Origin: a virus
Lineage: Duplodnaviria; Caudoviricetes
IMG/VR virus record: IMGVR_UViG_3300008261_000064
Location: 1-63,673 of that record
Reading direction: 5' to 3' (one strand)
DNA: 63,673 nucleotides
The position numbers were made by a program, and so were the translations under genes. Positions 32,301 through 43,174 of the stretch are shown piece by piece (position 1 is the first letter of the stretch; the number at the start of each line of letters is the position of its first letter). Under the pieces are notes generated by a model. The model saw only the letters and a program-made list of their open reading frames with translations, was not told where the DNA came from and searched no databases.

Positions 32301-34345
32301 GCAATTCAAATCCCTTATCATTAACTAATGCATCTGCTTACTTTAGCATAGGTTCATACTTTTTTGGTGCAAGTAGTTCAATAATTGGAGCGAATGCATC
32401 ATTTTCGGATTGGGCAGTTAGAGTTGGTAGTGGTGGTTTGTTGATTGCAAATGGAACAAATAACAACCATCTTTTAAAAGAAGGTTTAGCGTTGTTTACT
32501 GATAACGCTGCAAACACAAGCATTACTGGTTCTGCATCAGCAGTTTTACAAGCAAACTCCACCACAAAAGGCTTCCTCCCTCCTCGCATGACCACTGCCC
32601 AGAGGGATTTAATCGGCACACCTGCTACGGGGTTGAGTATATATAACACCACTCTCAATACTAACGACTTCTATAACGGCACTGCATGGGTTAGCCAAGC
32701 GGCAGGGAATATATATACTGCTGATGGTACTCTGACGGGGAATAGGATTGTGACTGCTAATGGAAATAGTTTAACTTTTTTAGGTGGTATTGAACCAAAC
32801 GCAAATGAGCAAACTGGATTAATTCTTCAAACTTCAGCAACAAATAAAAGTGTACTTGAGTTAAGTCTTGTTAATACTTTTACAACTACTGGCAAGACTT
32901 GGAGATTAAGGTCAATGGGTGGAGGAGATTTTGATATAGTAACTGGTACAACCTCAAGAGCATTTTATATATCAAGCAGTGGTAATGTTGCTATAAATAA
33001 CGCTTCAGCAATTAGTGGTGCAAGGTTTAGTGTGAATGGTAGCATTGCAACTAATTCTGGAATACAAATTCAAGGAGATTTAGTCAGTCCATTAGGTGCA
33101 GGAATTGAATTGAATTATGGTGGTGGTATTTCTTATTTTACAAGTTATAACAGAACTTCAAGTGCGTGGTTGCCAATCGTAATCAGAGGTTCACAAATTG
33201 ACTTTACAACCAACGGAAGCAATACATCAAGATTCACCTCCGCAGGTCGCTTATTGTTGGGCACAACTACTGAGGCAACATATTTACTTGATGTCAACGG
33301 CACTGCGAGGGTGAGTGGGAGAATGACTACATCAATAATTGATACAGTTGGAGCTACTCTGTATTTAACTGATGGAGGTGCAACTAATAATAGATATGGT
33401 TTAGGAATATCAGCAGCAACATTAAATATATTTGGAGGTAATAATGTTCTTTTAGGGGTATTAAGAGACCAATCTAATATGACAACATCAAATGCAAATA
33501 TTTGGTTGTCTAATGGATTGACACAAGTAAATACTCTTTTTGATGCACCATCTTATAAATTTATTTATGCTCCAGTTTCTATTTCATCTGCAATAACTGC
33601 ATCTTATGGTGCAGGTAGATTTCACAATACATATAATGCAAGCGGAACAACTTATACTCAATATCCAGTATTATCATTAACAAGACTTGGAGAGATTGGA
33701 GTATCTTATGATTTATCTGCATCATTTGGGATACGTAGACGAATTGTCGGAGGTAATACACCAAAAACAACCCTTGATTTAAATGTTGGCGAAACTGCAA
33801 TCAATGGTTATCCTGATGTTACTATCATGACAATAAGTGCAGAAGGTGTTGGAGTTAATAATACAACCCCAAGCACATCAGCAATGCTTGATGTTGCATC
33901 CACCACCAAAGGCTTCCTCCCTCCACGCATGACCGAAACGCAGAAGAATGCTATAAGCACTCCTGCGACTGGTTTGGTTATCTATCAGACAGACGGCACT
34001 GAGGGATTGTATGAAAGGACATCAAGTGCTTGGAGAATACTTTACAATACCCCAAGCGGAGGCTCAGGCATTACTCGTTCTGTTAGTAATATTTCTACAA
34101 CTCAAACGGCAGGAGCAACTGCATCTACTGATTATGTATATCTGATAAGTGGTACAACTACCCTTACCCTTCCTACGGCAGTGGGTAATACCAACAGATA
34201 CACTTTGAAGAATGTAGGTGCAAACACAGTAACAATCAATACAACCTCATCACAAACCATTGACGGAAGCACATCTTTAACAATGGCGGTACAATACACT
34301 GCTTTGGATGTTATCTCTGATGGTACAAATTGGAATATAATTTAA
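29384..34345 (+). CDS. Long modular tail fibre (1653 aa)
   Basis: G/T/S-rich; repeated '[11 protein letters not shown]', '[19 protein letters not shown]', '[12 protein letters not shown]', '[11 protein letters not shown]'. Confidence 0.85.
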   Translation: MGYTLLQIGQILAKADKTMYKIGNVAYDDMFSELDEKLDYERDIIYIYKKAVEYADDYYVGTVKLDTVVERLASKVAIYDYGSTNPIYSDATVIVSTIPNGAVLNDLYDVTISNLQNNQILKYNASLGQWVNTGTNAAIRSTQSFTATLNQTIFTTTSPFEPAFLDVFLNGVRLNGSSYTTFGDYQITLLDGCLADDILDVIIYDPVTDILDISGYVKTDRTITINGVTQDLSANRTWTVGTGDMSTSVYDTDADGIVDDAEKITIIARNSTGATIHKGKIVYLQGSTGNRPNMLLAQANSEATSSKTFGVVVEDIANNADGHVAAIGTLHDLDTRSNATHPFTTDTLVDGDLVWLSATNPGYITRTPPTQPNHTVFIGVVARTTPSFGRIIYKIQNGFELQELHNVLISSLANNDILYYDSATSLWKNTNKSSWLGGTSSQFLKGDGSFDNNTYLTPSVAASTYVSLTGSYANPSWITSLDWVKISGAPAFLTTETDPVFNAHPAYYVTNTKLSQWDAAYTWVNAFPPQTGNGGKFLTTNGGTLSWADVVSGVSSFNTRTGAVTLNSSDVTTALGYTPVTNARTLTINGTTYDLSADRSWTILTGGTVTSVDLSAPTGFVVTGNPITSSGTLALSFASGYSLPTTVKQGNWDDAYTFTSAFPSQTGNNGKYLTTDGSTLSWGTVSTANIYNSDGTLTGNRIVSLDSKQLVYRDSSANLTNYTYSVGVPTGVPSSSWPSSVIYEGQYLISSTSSAEPFNTRLWGRNQSASIKQLWVNQVYADITGESTGAPYIYNQTFNTRRGSQLDTSTASGWMEGLRNIIGHFYAGAQSTTTQINTSSLVAYRNSVLNYVGNITNTYGVLNELLQSTAASTQNSAITNYYGFYSSANVGTASGPTASISNYYGLYLNTLTVGATGTITNRWGVYAPDSSMKHHLNGNVIVGGSTDAGYKLDVQGTARVTGNTTINGNLTLSNSNPLSLTNASAYFSIGSYFFGASSSIIGANASFSDWAVRVGSGGLLIANGTNNNHLLKEGLALFTDNAANTSITGSASAVLQANSTTKGFLPPRMTTAQRDLIGTPATGLSIYNTTLNTNDFYNGTAWVSQAAGNIYTADGTLTGNRIVTANGNSLTFLGGIEPNANEQTGLILQTSATNKSVLELSLVNTFTTTGKTWRLRSMGGGDFDIVTGTTSRAFYISSSGNVAINNASAISGARFSVNGSIATNSGIQIQGDLVSPLGAGIELNYGGGISYFTSYNRTSSAWLPIVIRGSQIDFTTNGSNTSRFTSAGRLLLGTTTEATYLLDVNGTARVSGRMTTSIIDTVGATLYLTDGGATNNRYGLGISAATLNIFGGNNVLLGVLRDQSNMTTSNANIWLSNGLTQVNTLFDAPSYKFIYAPVSISSAITASYGAGRFHNTYNASGTTYTQYPVLSLTRLGEIGVSYDLSASFGIRRRIVGGNTPKTTLDLNVGETAINGYPDVTIMTISAEGVGVNNTTPSTSAMLDVASTTKGFLPPRMTETQKNAISTPATGLVIYQTDGTEGLYERTSSAWRILYNTPSGGSGITRSVSNISTTQTAGATASTDYVYLISGTTTLTLPTAVGNTNRYTLKNVGANTVTINTTSSQTIDGSTSLTMAVQYTALDVISDGTNWNII

Positions 34346-34364
34346 CAAATAAAATTTATATACT

Positions 34365-35519
34365 TTGGCATACAACCCGAATAACCCGAATGGTCAAGCG
34401 ACAAGTGCTAACTCAGCACCCGTAGTAATAGCATCAGACCAAAGTGCAGTACCCATTGCAGATGGCGGTGGGTCTCTCACTGTAGATGGTACAGTTGGAG
34501 TGAGTGGTACGGTTACGGTATCAGGTACGGTTACTGCAAACGCAGGTACAGGTACTCAAAACGTATCGGTACAAAACGCATCTATACCCGTAACCGATAA
34601 CGGCGGTAGCCTTACCGTTGATGGTAGTGTATCTGTTTCAAACTTCCCTGCTACTCAGCCAGTAAGTGGAACAGTAACCGTTCAAGATGGTGGTGGCTCA
34701 CTTACCATTGATGGCTCTGTTTCCGTATCCAATTTCCCTACTACGCAGGATGTGAACGTAACAAATGCCTCCATACCTGTAACTGATAATGGAGGCTCAC
34801 TGACTGTAGATGGAACGGTAGCAGCAACACAAAACGCAGGAGCAAGTTATAACGTTCAGATAAGTGATGGAACAAGCACAGTTCCTATTGATGCTGCACA
34901 CGCTGATGGAGAGACCAATACCGAAAATCATATTGATATCGGTGCTAAGAATTTACTATTTAATGGCTCAACTTGGGATAGGCAAAGAGGTGATACTACA
35001 GGCACGTTCACAGTGGGCAATATTGCTCACGATACTGCTGATAGTGGTAACCCTGTAAAAATAGGTTTCCAAGCAGAGGCTACTTTACCTACTGCGGTAG
35101 CGAATGGAGATAGAGCCAATGGCATCTCTGACGTATTTGGCAGGCAGTTGGTATCTCATATTGATGCAGGTATGCAAGTTTGGAAGGGTGCTAACTACAC
35201 CACTACCCAAACGGGTACATCAATGTGGACACCATCAACGGGCAAGAAGGTTTGTATAAGTTACTTAGCTATTTCATCTTATGCTACTACGGCTGCGAGG
35301 GTTATTATTTGGTTTGGTGCTTCAGGTGATACAACCTACACAGCAGGTACAGACCAGCTTGTATGGGCAGGGTCTTTCGCACCTTCAGCCAATGCGAAGC
35401 CGGGTGCTATTGTAAGCCTTCCCTTTGGCATCTCAGCGGTTACGGCTGACCATCAACTGAGGATAACTACTGATGCTGCTATCTCTTTAGATATTACTAT
35501 TTATGGCTGTGAAATCTAA
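34365..35519 (+). CDS. Fibre / spike protein with internal repeats
   Basis: 'DNGGSLTVDG'-like unit x4, 'VSVSNFPATQ'-like unit x2. Confidence 0.7.
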   Translation: MAYNPNNPNGQATSANSAPVVIASDQSAVPIADGGGSLTVDGTVGVSGTVTVSGTVTANAGTGTQNVSVQNASIPVTDNGGSLTVDGSVSVSNFPATQPVSGTVTVQDGGGSLTIDGSVSVSNFPTTQDVNVTNASIPVTDNGGSLTVDGTVAATQNAGASYNVQISDGTSTVPIDAAHADGETNTENHIDIGAKNLLFNGSTWDRQRGDTTGTFTVGNIAHDTADSGNPVKIGFQAEATLPTAVANGDRANGISDVFGRQLVSHIDAGMQVWKGANYTTTQTGTSMWTPSTGKKVCISYLAISSYATTAARVIIWFGASGDTTYTAGTDQLVWAGSFAPSANAKPGAIVSLPFGISAVTADHQLRITTDAAISLDITIYGCEI

Positions 35520-35524
35520 ATAAT

Positions 35525-35719
35525 ATGAAGACAATAGAACTTTTTGAAAAGGATATAAAAGGCGATGGGACAGTGTGGCTTATAGCTGAGTGCAACGTTT
35601 ATGAGAACAATGTAAGAACGGCTCAACTCTCACGCAGTCCTTTTGTGTTTGTTGATACGATGACTGACCAGGAGATTATTGACTCTCTATGGTTAAATGA
35701 ATACTCAATCTATCTCTGA
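35525..35719 (+). CDS. Small fibre-associated protein
   Basis: 64 aa, translationally coupled to the next gene. Confidence 0.55.
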   Translation: MKTIELFEKDIKGDGTVWLIAECNVYENNVRTAQLSRSPFVFVDTMTDQEIIDSLWLNEYSIYL

Positions 35720-36441
35720 TGGCTACTTTCTTTGGTGTATCAGCAGTACCTGTAGATGGTGCATCAGCGGTGAACGCTACTACTACAATAACCGTAACAC
35801 CTCCTGCATCTATGCTGAGTGGTGATTTGGTCGTAGTGTATTGTCAGCAAAGAGGTAATACTGCGTGGTCTGTTGGTCTTGATGGAGGGCAATCTTGGAC
35901 TAATATAGGAAACTCTACAGTAACTGCTAACGTATCAATGAGTACGTTTTGGGCAACTTTTAACGGCACATGGTCAGTTAACCCAAGATTTGATAACGCA
36001 GGTGGTACTTGTACCTCAGCGGTTATGGTTATTTTCAGACCTGCCGATAATACTAAAGTCTGGGCAACAGAGCAGATATCTACTACTGCCGCTGCCGCTG
36101 CCGCAACTATTACGGTAACAGGCATCACTCCTGCAAATGGTGAAAATGTAACCATTGCCTCATGGCATACGGCTGATGATAATACTTGGGGAACTTTGAC
36201 AGGTACTAACTGGACAAAGGGTACGCTTTCGGCTCAGTACAGAAATACTTCAGGTACTGACCAATCTATGACAATAGCCTACCAGTTGCAGACTACTGCC
36301 GCTGCTACCAATAACGTATCACAGACCCAGTTAACTTTGGGCAATGATGCTACAACTTGGCGAAGGGTTACTTTTTTTGAAACGGCTGCCTTCACAGGAG
36401 GGTTTGACCCGTTTGGCTCAATGGGATTTTTTGGATTATGA
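35719..36441 (+). CDS. Fibre tip / beta-sandwich virion protein
   Basis: T/A/G-rich with two repeated beta domains. Confidence 0.6.
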   Translation: MATFFGVSAVPVDGASAVNATTTITVTPPASMLSGDLVVVYCQQRGNTAWSVGLDGGQSWTNIGNSTVTANVSMSTFWATFNGTWSVNPRFDNAGGTCTSAVMVIFRPADNTKVWATEQISTTAAAAAATITVTGITPANGENVTIASWHTADDNTWGTLTGTNWTKGTLSAQYRNTSGTDQSMTIAYQLQTTAAATNNVSQTQLTLGNDATTWRRVTFFETAAFTGGFDPFGSMGFFGL

Positions 36442-36692
36442 AAAAACATACTAAGGTATATTTAGACTATTTTGGATATGGGATGGAAGACTTTATTCCA
36501 TGTGAGATATGTGGAAACAAGGCCGTAGATATACACCATATAGACTGCAGGGGTATGGGTGGTAGCAGTAAAAAAGACAAGGTTGAGAATCTTATGGCTC
36601 TTTGCAGGGAGTGTCATATAACATACGGGGATAAAAAACAGCACATGGAAAGGTTGCAGGATAGGCATAACTTACGGCTAAAAAATAAGTAA
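36438..36692 (+). CDS. HNH endonuclease
   Basis: 'CEICG..AVDIHHI...NLMALCRECH'. Confidence 0.85.
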   Translation: MKKHTKVYLDYFGYGMEDFIPCEICGNKAVDIHHIDCRGMGGSSKKDKVENLMALCRECHITYGDKKQHMERLQDRHNLRLKNK

Positions 36693-36701
36693 ATTTGTCC
36701 T

Positions 36702-39057
36702 ATGGCAATGAATAAGCAAAGGCGCACAGCCAATCTAAATAATATCGTAACCTACGATACCCTAAAGAATGTAACCTTATTGGCAGATTTGACCATTGAG
36801 GGACTGACAGGAGCTGGATTTGTAAAGGCTGACGTTAATGGATTGTTGTCCGTAGACACAGGCGCATACCTCCCAATCCCTTCCCAATCTGGCAATAGTG
36901 GAAAGTATCTAACTACAGACGGAAGTAATCTTTCTTGGGGTACGGTATCAACTGCGAATATTTATAATAGTGATGGTACGCTGACGGGGAATAGCCGCTA
37001 TTGCAAGAGGATTGAATCTTACGCATACGCTTGTAGCTGCTGCGAATAACGATGTGCTTGTTGGTTTGGATATAAATCCTACGTTTACGAATGGTGCGTT
37101 TACTTCAGTAGCAAATATAGGATTACGGGTTAGTAACAGCTACCTTGTTGTTTCAGGGGATTACTTCCCCGGCACTGTACTACCTGCAAAAGGTATTATA
37201 TTTGAAGCCTCAGGTGGTTCTGCAAGAATATCAAGTAGATTTGCAAGTGCTGCTGCGGCTTTAATTATAAATGCTTCTACATTAGATTTAAATGCAGGTA
37301 CAGTTAATGTTCCCGGAGGAAGCTTTACTTCCACAATTGCTCAGTTTAATCAATTTGTAAGGACTTCTTACACAGTTGTGTCGGGCGGTATGCATGCTTC
37401 GTTTGGGCAGAACTTAATGGCAGCTAATGACCATCAGCTTTATGCGAGTTCTGGAAGGAAGTTATTCTTATCCGCTGACAACATTGTTTTCACTACACAG
37501 AATGCAGCAACTGCAACTGGTCAAATATTTTCATCATCAGGCAACTGGACCATCGGTGGAACTACAGACGCAGGTTATAAACTTGATGTGCAGGGGACGG
37601 GAAGGTTTACGGGGAATATTTATATGCTAAATGATAACGGCATAGTATTCAACGATAATGCATCTACCGGAAGAAGATTTGCAATAACACAAGACGCAAG
37701 CGTAATCACAAATACTGGAGTTGAAAGCATATCTATTGGTTATGCATCATATGCTTATTCTTTATGGTCAGTTGCTTTAGGAACAAGGGTTGGGATACCG
37801 AGTGGCTACAATTCAGTAGTTGCTGTAGGTTATAATTTTACAGTACCGGGCAAGGGTATTTACTTACAAAGAAACTCATTTGGTTTACGAATGGGTAGCT
37901 CTGCAACAGATAGAGATATCGCACTTGGTGGATATGTAAATACGGGAGATGTCGAAGGCGGAACTGCTCTTGGAGCAGGGACTTCTGTATCCGGAGGATA
38001 CGGTGTTGCAATTGGCGTATGGTCTGTTGCTGGTGGACAGGAGTTTGTAGCAGGTGCATCTGATGGTGCAGGAACAGCAAAGCCTATTTCAAATGTATAT
38101 TTTGGAAGTGGTAAAATTAGAGGTAAAGGTGATGGTACTGCAACAGTGACTTATACTGATGGAGCAGGGTCATCTTACACGATTAATGGTTCTGGTGCTT
38201 ACGGTACTGACTTTGCGGGAGGCAATATAACTATTGCTGGCGGTAAGGGTACAGGAACTGGAACACCGGGAGATGTCATCTTCTCAACAGCAACAGCTCT
38301 TACTACAGGAACTACACTTCAGTCCCTGACACAAAGAGTGTGGATTAAGGGAGGAACAGGTAATCTGTTGGTTGGTTCTTCTACAGATGGAGGACAAAGA
38401 TTCCAAGTGTCTGGTAATGCGCAAGTAACTCACTCATACACTCATACTACTGGCTCTTATACAAGCGGTCTTACTTCTTATGTATTAGCATCTACGGCAT
38501 TGTCTCCTTCTTACACAAGCGGAATGTTCTATGGAGCATTAAATACATCCTACCAAAATGAATTTGAAGGTAGTGCTACCATCCCGAACAGTGTGACAAT
38601 GAGTTCACAACTCAATCGTACTACAGTTAAGTTTGTGAATGCAAATAGCACAATAACAATGACTCAAGGCGGTTCTGGGTTAAGGGCTATCGCTAACCAG
38701 ATACTGCAGTTTACCTTCGACACAGCTCAGACCTCCTGCGTTGTGTCACATGTAGCAGGTTCCCAGATACTTGCTCCTTACTATACAGGCGCTAATAATC
38801 CAACCATAACTAACTACTACGGTCTTGCGATTAATCCTTCTGACGAATACAGCGCGACACTCGCTGTAACAAACAGATGGGGTGTGTATCAAATGGGAAC
38901 ATCTGATAATAACTGGTTTGCAGGTAAAGTGATTATTGGTTCAACCAACACCGTTGGCTCATCTCCATTAAACGTGAAGGGATTACCAACATCTTCTGCT
39001 GGGCTTAGTTCTGGGGATATATGGAGCAATGCTGGTGTTTTAACTGTAGTACCGTAA
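36702..39057 (+). pseudogene. Second tail fibre, split by a frame break at ~36994 (ORFs 36702-37049 and 37012-39057)
   Basis: Fibre-like sequence switches frame after 'DGTLTGN' into 'AIARGLNLTHTLVAAANNDVLVGLDINP'; shares modules with the 29384 fibre. Confidence 0.7.
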
Positions 39058-39061
39058 TTGT

Positions 39062-39910
39062 ATGAGATATATATTATTTATATTGCTATTATGTTCTTGT
39101 GTAAAAGAACCTGTTGTTAAAGAAGAACCAATTATATGCGATTTAGGTCCGCTAGATATTCCGTCAGCAAGACTTGTTAGGCTTAGGGATTCTGACAAGG
39201 ATGGTATTTCAGATAACATTGACAACTGCCCTAAAAAGGCAAATACAAATCAATTAGATAGTGACGGTGATGGTATAGGGGATGTATGTGACAGCTCACC
39301 ATTTTCTGTTCCTGTAACAACTGAGGCCGTAATTCTGTTAGACTTTGACGGATATATTCTACCTGCAAATAGCGTATGGAATTCCTCTAGTCAGCCATAT
39401 ATTGCACAACCTAGTGGATTGCTTCCAGATGACATACAGCAGGTCTTATCTCTTGTTGCAAATGACTTTAATAGGTTTAATGTAATAGTAACAACGGATG
39501 AAAATGTGTTTAACTCTGCAAGCCAATACAAAAGGACAAGGGTTATAGTCACAGCTTCAAATGAGATATATCCGGGTGTTGCTGGAATTGCATATGTGGG
39601 TAGTATGTTTTATGGAGGTGATTGCCTAGTATTCCCAAGCGTAATGTCATACAGTGTATTGAGAACAAGATTAGCCACTACTCATGAGATAGGACATACG
39701 GCAGGATTATACCATCAATCATTGTGGGACCCAAATTGTAATATTATATACACTTATAGACCATGTGATTACAGCACAAATACAGGCCCTTTTATGGGTT
39801 CTGTTGGAGTATCCTGTAACCCAATATGGTGGATTGGACCTACTAGCAATGCTTGTAATGATATACAGGATGACGTATCTTTGTTATCAACTAAAATTGG
39901 ATTAAAATAA
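39062..39910 (+). CDS. Lipoprotein metzincin-type metalloprotease with TSP3 Ca-binding repeats
   Basis: Lipobox 'LLLCSC'; 'DSDKDGISDNIDNCP...DSDGDGIGDVCD'; 'HEIGHTAGLYH'; Met-turn-like 'PFMG'. Confidence 0.8.
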   Translation: MRYILFILLLCSCVKEPVVKEEPIICDLGPLDIPSARLVRLRDSDKDGISDNIDNCPKKANTNQLDSDGDGIGDVCDSSPFSVPVTTEAVILLDFDGYILPANSVWNSSSQPYIAQPSGLLPDDIQQVLSLVANDFNRFNVIVTTDENVFNSASQYKRTRVIVTASNEIYPGVAGIAYVGSMFYGGDCLVFPSVMSYSVLRTRLATTHEIGHTAGLYHQSLWDPNCNIIYTYRPCDYSTNTGPFMGSVGVSCNPIWWIGPTSNACNDIQDDVSLLSTKIGLK

Positions 39911-39916
39911 CAAACA

Positions 39917-40225
39917 ATGGCACAAATTCAACCAGTATCCGTATGGAAAGACGGACAAGTTAAGACAGCAGAACAGCTATCTCTTAGGTCTATCGGCGAT
40001 GACTTGGAAAGTTCTGCACAATTCTATTACGAGCTGAAAGAAGCTGACGTAACAACTCAAGACGCAGAAGGTAACGATGTAACCTCCTATGGTCAATCGC
40101 TAGCCAACGGCAACCTATCTATGTCGGGCCAAAGCTATTCTGATTGGGGTGCTCAAGCTGGTTCAGACATTAATGCTTGGGCTTACGATTGGGCAGCCGA
40201 ACAGCTCAATGTAGTAATTGTATAA
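39917..40225 (+). CDS. Small acidic fibre-associated protein
   Basis: 'AQFYYEL...LANGNLSM...YSDW...AYDWAAEQLN'; follows the fibre genes. Confidence 0.55.
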   Translation: MAQIQPVSVWKDGQVKTAEQLSLRSIGDDLESSAQFYYELKEADVTTQDAEGNDVTSYGQSLANGNLSMSGQSYSDWGAQAGSDINAWAYDWAAEQLNVVIV

Positions 40226-40308
40226 GTTGGATAAAGGGAGGTAATCATACTTTTATTTGTAAAATAGCACGATTGGCACTAAATTTGTAGTAGTAAACCA
40301 AAAAAGCC

Positions 40309-40728
40309 ATGGCAAAAACAACAAAAAAGTACAACGACCTGCTGATGCTGGTACAAGCAATCAACATCCTCAGTGGTAACAAGGAGGAAGTAGAAGAAAA
40401 CAATAAGGGCATTAAGAAGCTCCAGAAGATTGGAGCAAAGATGAAAGAGCACCTTGATGCTTATAACGAAAAAGTTGAAGATATTCGACTTGACAATGCT
40501 CATTGTGATGAAAAGGGCTGCCTTATTCTTGATGAAAAAGGTGGATATAAGTATTCTAAAGACGGTTTGAAGAAGATGAACAAAGACATCAAAAACCTGC
40601 TCGGACAGGAGTTTGAGTTCTATCAGTTCACATTCTCTAATGAGGGGATTGAGAACTACGCATTCTTGGAAGGATGGGTAGAGGGACTTGAGTTTCCAAA
40701 AGAGGAAACAGAATTAGAAGTAGTATAA
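40309..40728 (+). CDS. Hypothetical protein, possible fibre assembly chaperone
   Basis: Helical and acidic, with its own promoter and terminator. Confidence 0.5.
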   Translation: MAKTTKKYNDLLMLVQAINILSGNKEEVEENNKGIKKLQKIGAKMKEHLDAYNEKVEDIRLDNAHCDEKGCLILDEKGGYKYSKDGLKKMNKDIKNLLGQEFEFYQFTFSNEGIENYAFLEGWVEGLEFPKEETELEVV

Positions 40729-40753
40729 ACAGTGTGACTCATAGTTGTGTACG

Positions 40754-40781
40754 GGGCTGTCATTCTTGGCGGCCCTTTTTT
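40754..40781 (+). terminator. Intrinsic terminator
   Basis: GGGCTGTCA-TTCT-TGGCGGCCC-TTTTTT. Confidence 0.8.
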
Positions 40782-40891
40782 ATGTAGGGTAAAGTGTACA
40801 TTATCGCCCTAATGCATGCATAATTTGGTAAAATTCATGCAAAATCACCACAACAGGCATTTTACCGCACTTTAGATTAGATTTGTGGTAT

Positions 40892-41476
40892 ATGAAACAT
40901 ATAGTATACGGGCTGATTATAGCCTTCCTTTTGATTCTGTTATTTAGGTCAGAATGCGGAAAACCTAAAGTCAAAGATGTCATCAAGGTTAATGGACAGA
41001 AAGTTAAGGTAATTGAGCATACCATAGACACACAGTATGTTCCTGTGAAGGTAAAAGGCAGGACAGATACTCTTATAGAGGATACTACCATATACGTAGA
41101 AGTGCCAGTTATGGACACTAACGCCATGCGTAAGTACCTTGAGGACTACTATACAAAAAAGGTATTCAATGACACATTCCGTATAAACTACGGCAAGATA
41201 TATGTACAAGATACTGTACAGATGAATAAGATTATAGGCAGGACATTTGGTGCAGACCTGCTAGTTCCAGTTGTCAAGGAATACTTGACTGTTGAGAAAT
41301 TACCAAAGACGGAGCTATACCTAGGTGTACGCACGGATTGGCAAAAAAATGGTACTTTTGTTGGCATCGGACCATCCCTCTTACTTAAGACAAAGAGGCA
41401 AAGAATATACGGAGTAGGCGTTAACTTGGTTAACGGTAAACCTATTTATAATATTCAAATGAACATAAAATTATGA
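40892..41476 (+). CDS. Membrane-anchored lysis-module protein
   Basis: N-terminal TM helix, 'DT' repeats, beta-rich C-terminus. Confidence 0.5.
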   Translation: MKHIVYGLIIAFLLILLFRSECGKPKVKDVIKVNGQKVKVIEHTIDTQYVPVKVKGRTDTLIEDTTIYVEVPVMDTNAMRKYLEDYYTKKVFNDTFRINYGKIYVQDTVQMNKIIGRTFGADLLVPVVKEYLTVEKLPKTELYLGVRTDWQKNGTFVGIGPSLLLKTKRQRIYGVGVNLVNGKPIYNIQMNIKL

Positions 41477-41742
41477 AGAGTCCGATTCCAACATTCACGT
41501 TTGAGCAGTTCGTTAAAGAGCCTGTAAAGGGTATCATGCTTCTCTGTCTGACAGCTATAACCTATTTGTACATAGACGGCAAGATGAACTACAGCGGTCA
41601 GATTGAAGCCCAAAGTGCAAAGATTGACAAGCTAGAGCAGAAGATTGACCTGCTGAGTGTACAACTTAAAAGGTCTGACAGCTTGCTTGCTGCAGCTACA
41701 TCTAAACTGATTGTTTTACAAGAACTTGGTAAGATAAAATGA
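41473..41742 (+). CDS. TM + coiled-coil protein (i-spanin / holin-like)
   Basis: One TM segment followed by a coiled coil. Confidence 0.45.
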   Translation: MKSPIPTFTFEQFVKEPVKGIMLLCLTAITYLYIDGKMNYSGQIEAQSAKIDKLEQKIDLLSVQLKRSDSLLAAATSKLIVLQELGKIK

Positions 41743-42110
41743 GGTACATATTATTTATATTTTTAATATCATGTGGAGCTCCTGCCCCGAAGGTTGTTTA
41801 CGACACTGTTGAGATAATTGAGAAGCAGAAGTTCTATGATTCTGTAGCTGTCCTTATACCAATTGCTGAGAAAAGGATACAGCAGCAGGAGAGAAAGATT
41901 ATCCGTACAATAGACAAGTTAGAGGTTGCAGCGGATAGCCTAAAGAAGGAGAACGAACAACTTAGAGAGGTAGTTAGAGTAACTAAGTCTATTGTAATTC
42001 GCGATACGATTTATATCAAGGAGAAGACCAACTTCTGGGGGAAGAAGAAGGTAAGTACAGACAGTATCCAATCTATTGACTCAACAATTATAGAGAATGA
42101 AAATGATTAA
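41739..42110 (+). CDS. Lipoprotein (o-spanin-like)
   Basis: Lipobox 'FLISC' and coiled coil, within the lysis cluster. Confidence 0.5.
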   Translation: MRYILFIFLISCGAPAPKVVYDTVEIIEKQKFYDSVAVLIPIAEKRIQQQERKIIRTIDKLEVAADSLKKENEQLREVVRVTKSIVIRDTIYIKEKTNFWGKKKVSTDSIQSIDSTIIENEND

Positions 42111-42345
42111 GAACTTCTTATGGAGCTTGTTCGCAGAGGATGGGAAGATTAGCAGCAAGAGATTCTTTGGTGGAATGGCAGCTACATCCTTGTGTGTTAC
42201 CTTATTGGCTAACAGCTTTACTCATGGAGACATTAAACCGTCAGACGTATTGGTAGAGGCAACAGCTGCCTTTGCTGCCCTGTCGCTTGGAATATCTGCT
42301 TGGCAAACTATAAAAACTAAGAAAGATGAATCTGGAGAAGCTTAA
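42097..42345 (+). CDS. Holin-like protein
   Basis: Two TM segments, 'GKISSKRF', overlaps the endolysin start. Confidence 0.6.
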   Translation: MKMIKNFLWSLFAEDGKISSKRFFGGMAATSLCVTLLANSFTHGDIKPSDVLVEATAAFAALSLGISAWQTIKTKKDESGEA

Positions 42346-42925
42346 AACTAAGATACCCGATACTGTACTGTCTCAGATACCAGAAGTGGTTGAGAAGTTC
42401 AAGATAAATACACCATCTAGACTGGCCCACTTCTTGGCTCAGTGCGCCCATGAGTCTGGTAACTTTAAGGTTACTACGGAGAATCTGAATTACTCTAAAG
42501 AGGGTTTAATGAAGGTGTTTGGCAAGTACTTCCCTAACGAGGTTTTAGCAAAGCAATACGAAAGAAAACCTAATGCAATTGCCAATAGGGTTTATGCTAA
42601 TAGAATGTCTAATGGTGACGAGAACTCGGCGGATGGCAGCAAGTTCAAGGGCAGGGGTTTCATTCAGCTTACCGGCAAGGAGAATTATACAGCCTTTGAT
42701 AAGATTGTAGATGACGATATACTAGCTAACCCAGATTTGGTAGCTACAAAGTATCCTCTGTTGTCTGCTGCTTGGTTTTGGAATAGCCGTAACTTGAATG
42801 CTATTGCTGATGGTGGTAATACAGACGAGGTTGTTACGAAAATTACGAAGAAAGTAAATGGAGGCACTCATGGTTTGCCGGATAGAATATCAAAATTCAA
42901 GCTGTTTATAGGAGAGCTTGTGTAG
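42326..42925 (+). CDS. Endolysin, glycoside hydrolase family 19
   Basis: 'FLAQCAHESG', 'FKGRGFIQLTGKENY', 'SAAWFW', 'TKKVNGGTHGL'. Confidence 0.93.
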   Translation: MNLEKLKTKIPDTVLSQIPEVVEKFKINTPSRLAHFLAQCAHESGNFKVTTENLNYSKEGLMKVFGKYFPNEVLAKQYERKPNAIANRVYANRMSNGDENSADGSKFKGRGFIQLTGKENYTAFDKIVDDDILANPDLVATKYPLLSAAWFWNSRNLNAIADGGNTDEVVTKITKKVNGGTHGLPDRISKFKLFIGELV

Positions 42926-42988
42926 TTTTACAAGCCTATTGTATATGTATTTATACTTAATATATATTTGCATATACATGTAATAAAA

Positions 42989-43174
42989 ATGAATCAGGAC
43001 TTAGACATCGTAGGTTTTCCATCAACAATAATGACTTGGTTAGTCGTGTTTGATATAGTAAAAATCAATCCTTTAGTAACGTTTATTGTGAGTATTATGT
43101 CCTTGGTTTGGTTATCTTTGCAGATATACGGCTGGTTTGAAAAGCGTATAAAAAACAATGGCAAGAAATCGTAA
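42989..43174 (+). CDS. Small two-TM protein (holin / antiholin-like)
   Basis: Hydrophobic 61 aa with a basic tail. Confidence 0.5.
   Translation: MNQDLDIVGFPSTIMTWLVVFDIVKINPLVTFIVSIMSLVWLSLQIYGWFEKRIKNNGKKS

Noticed and set aside
29384-39057. Diversity-generating retroelement or invertase shufflon
   Set aside because: No reverse transcriptase or site-specific recombinase was found; repeats are direct and their mismatches are not adenine-specific.
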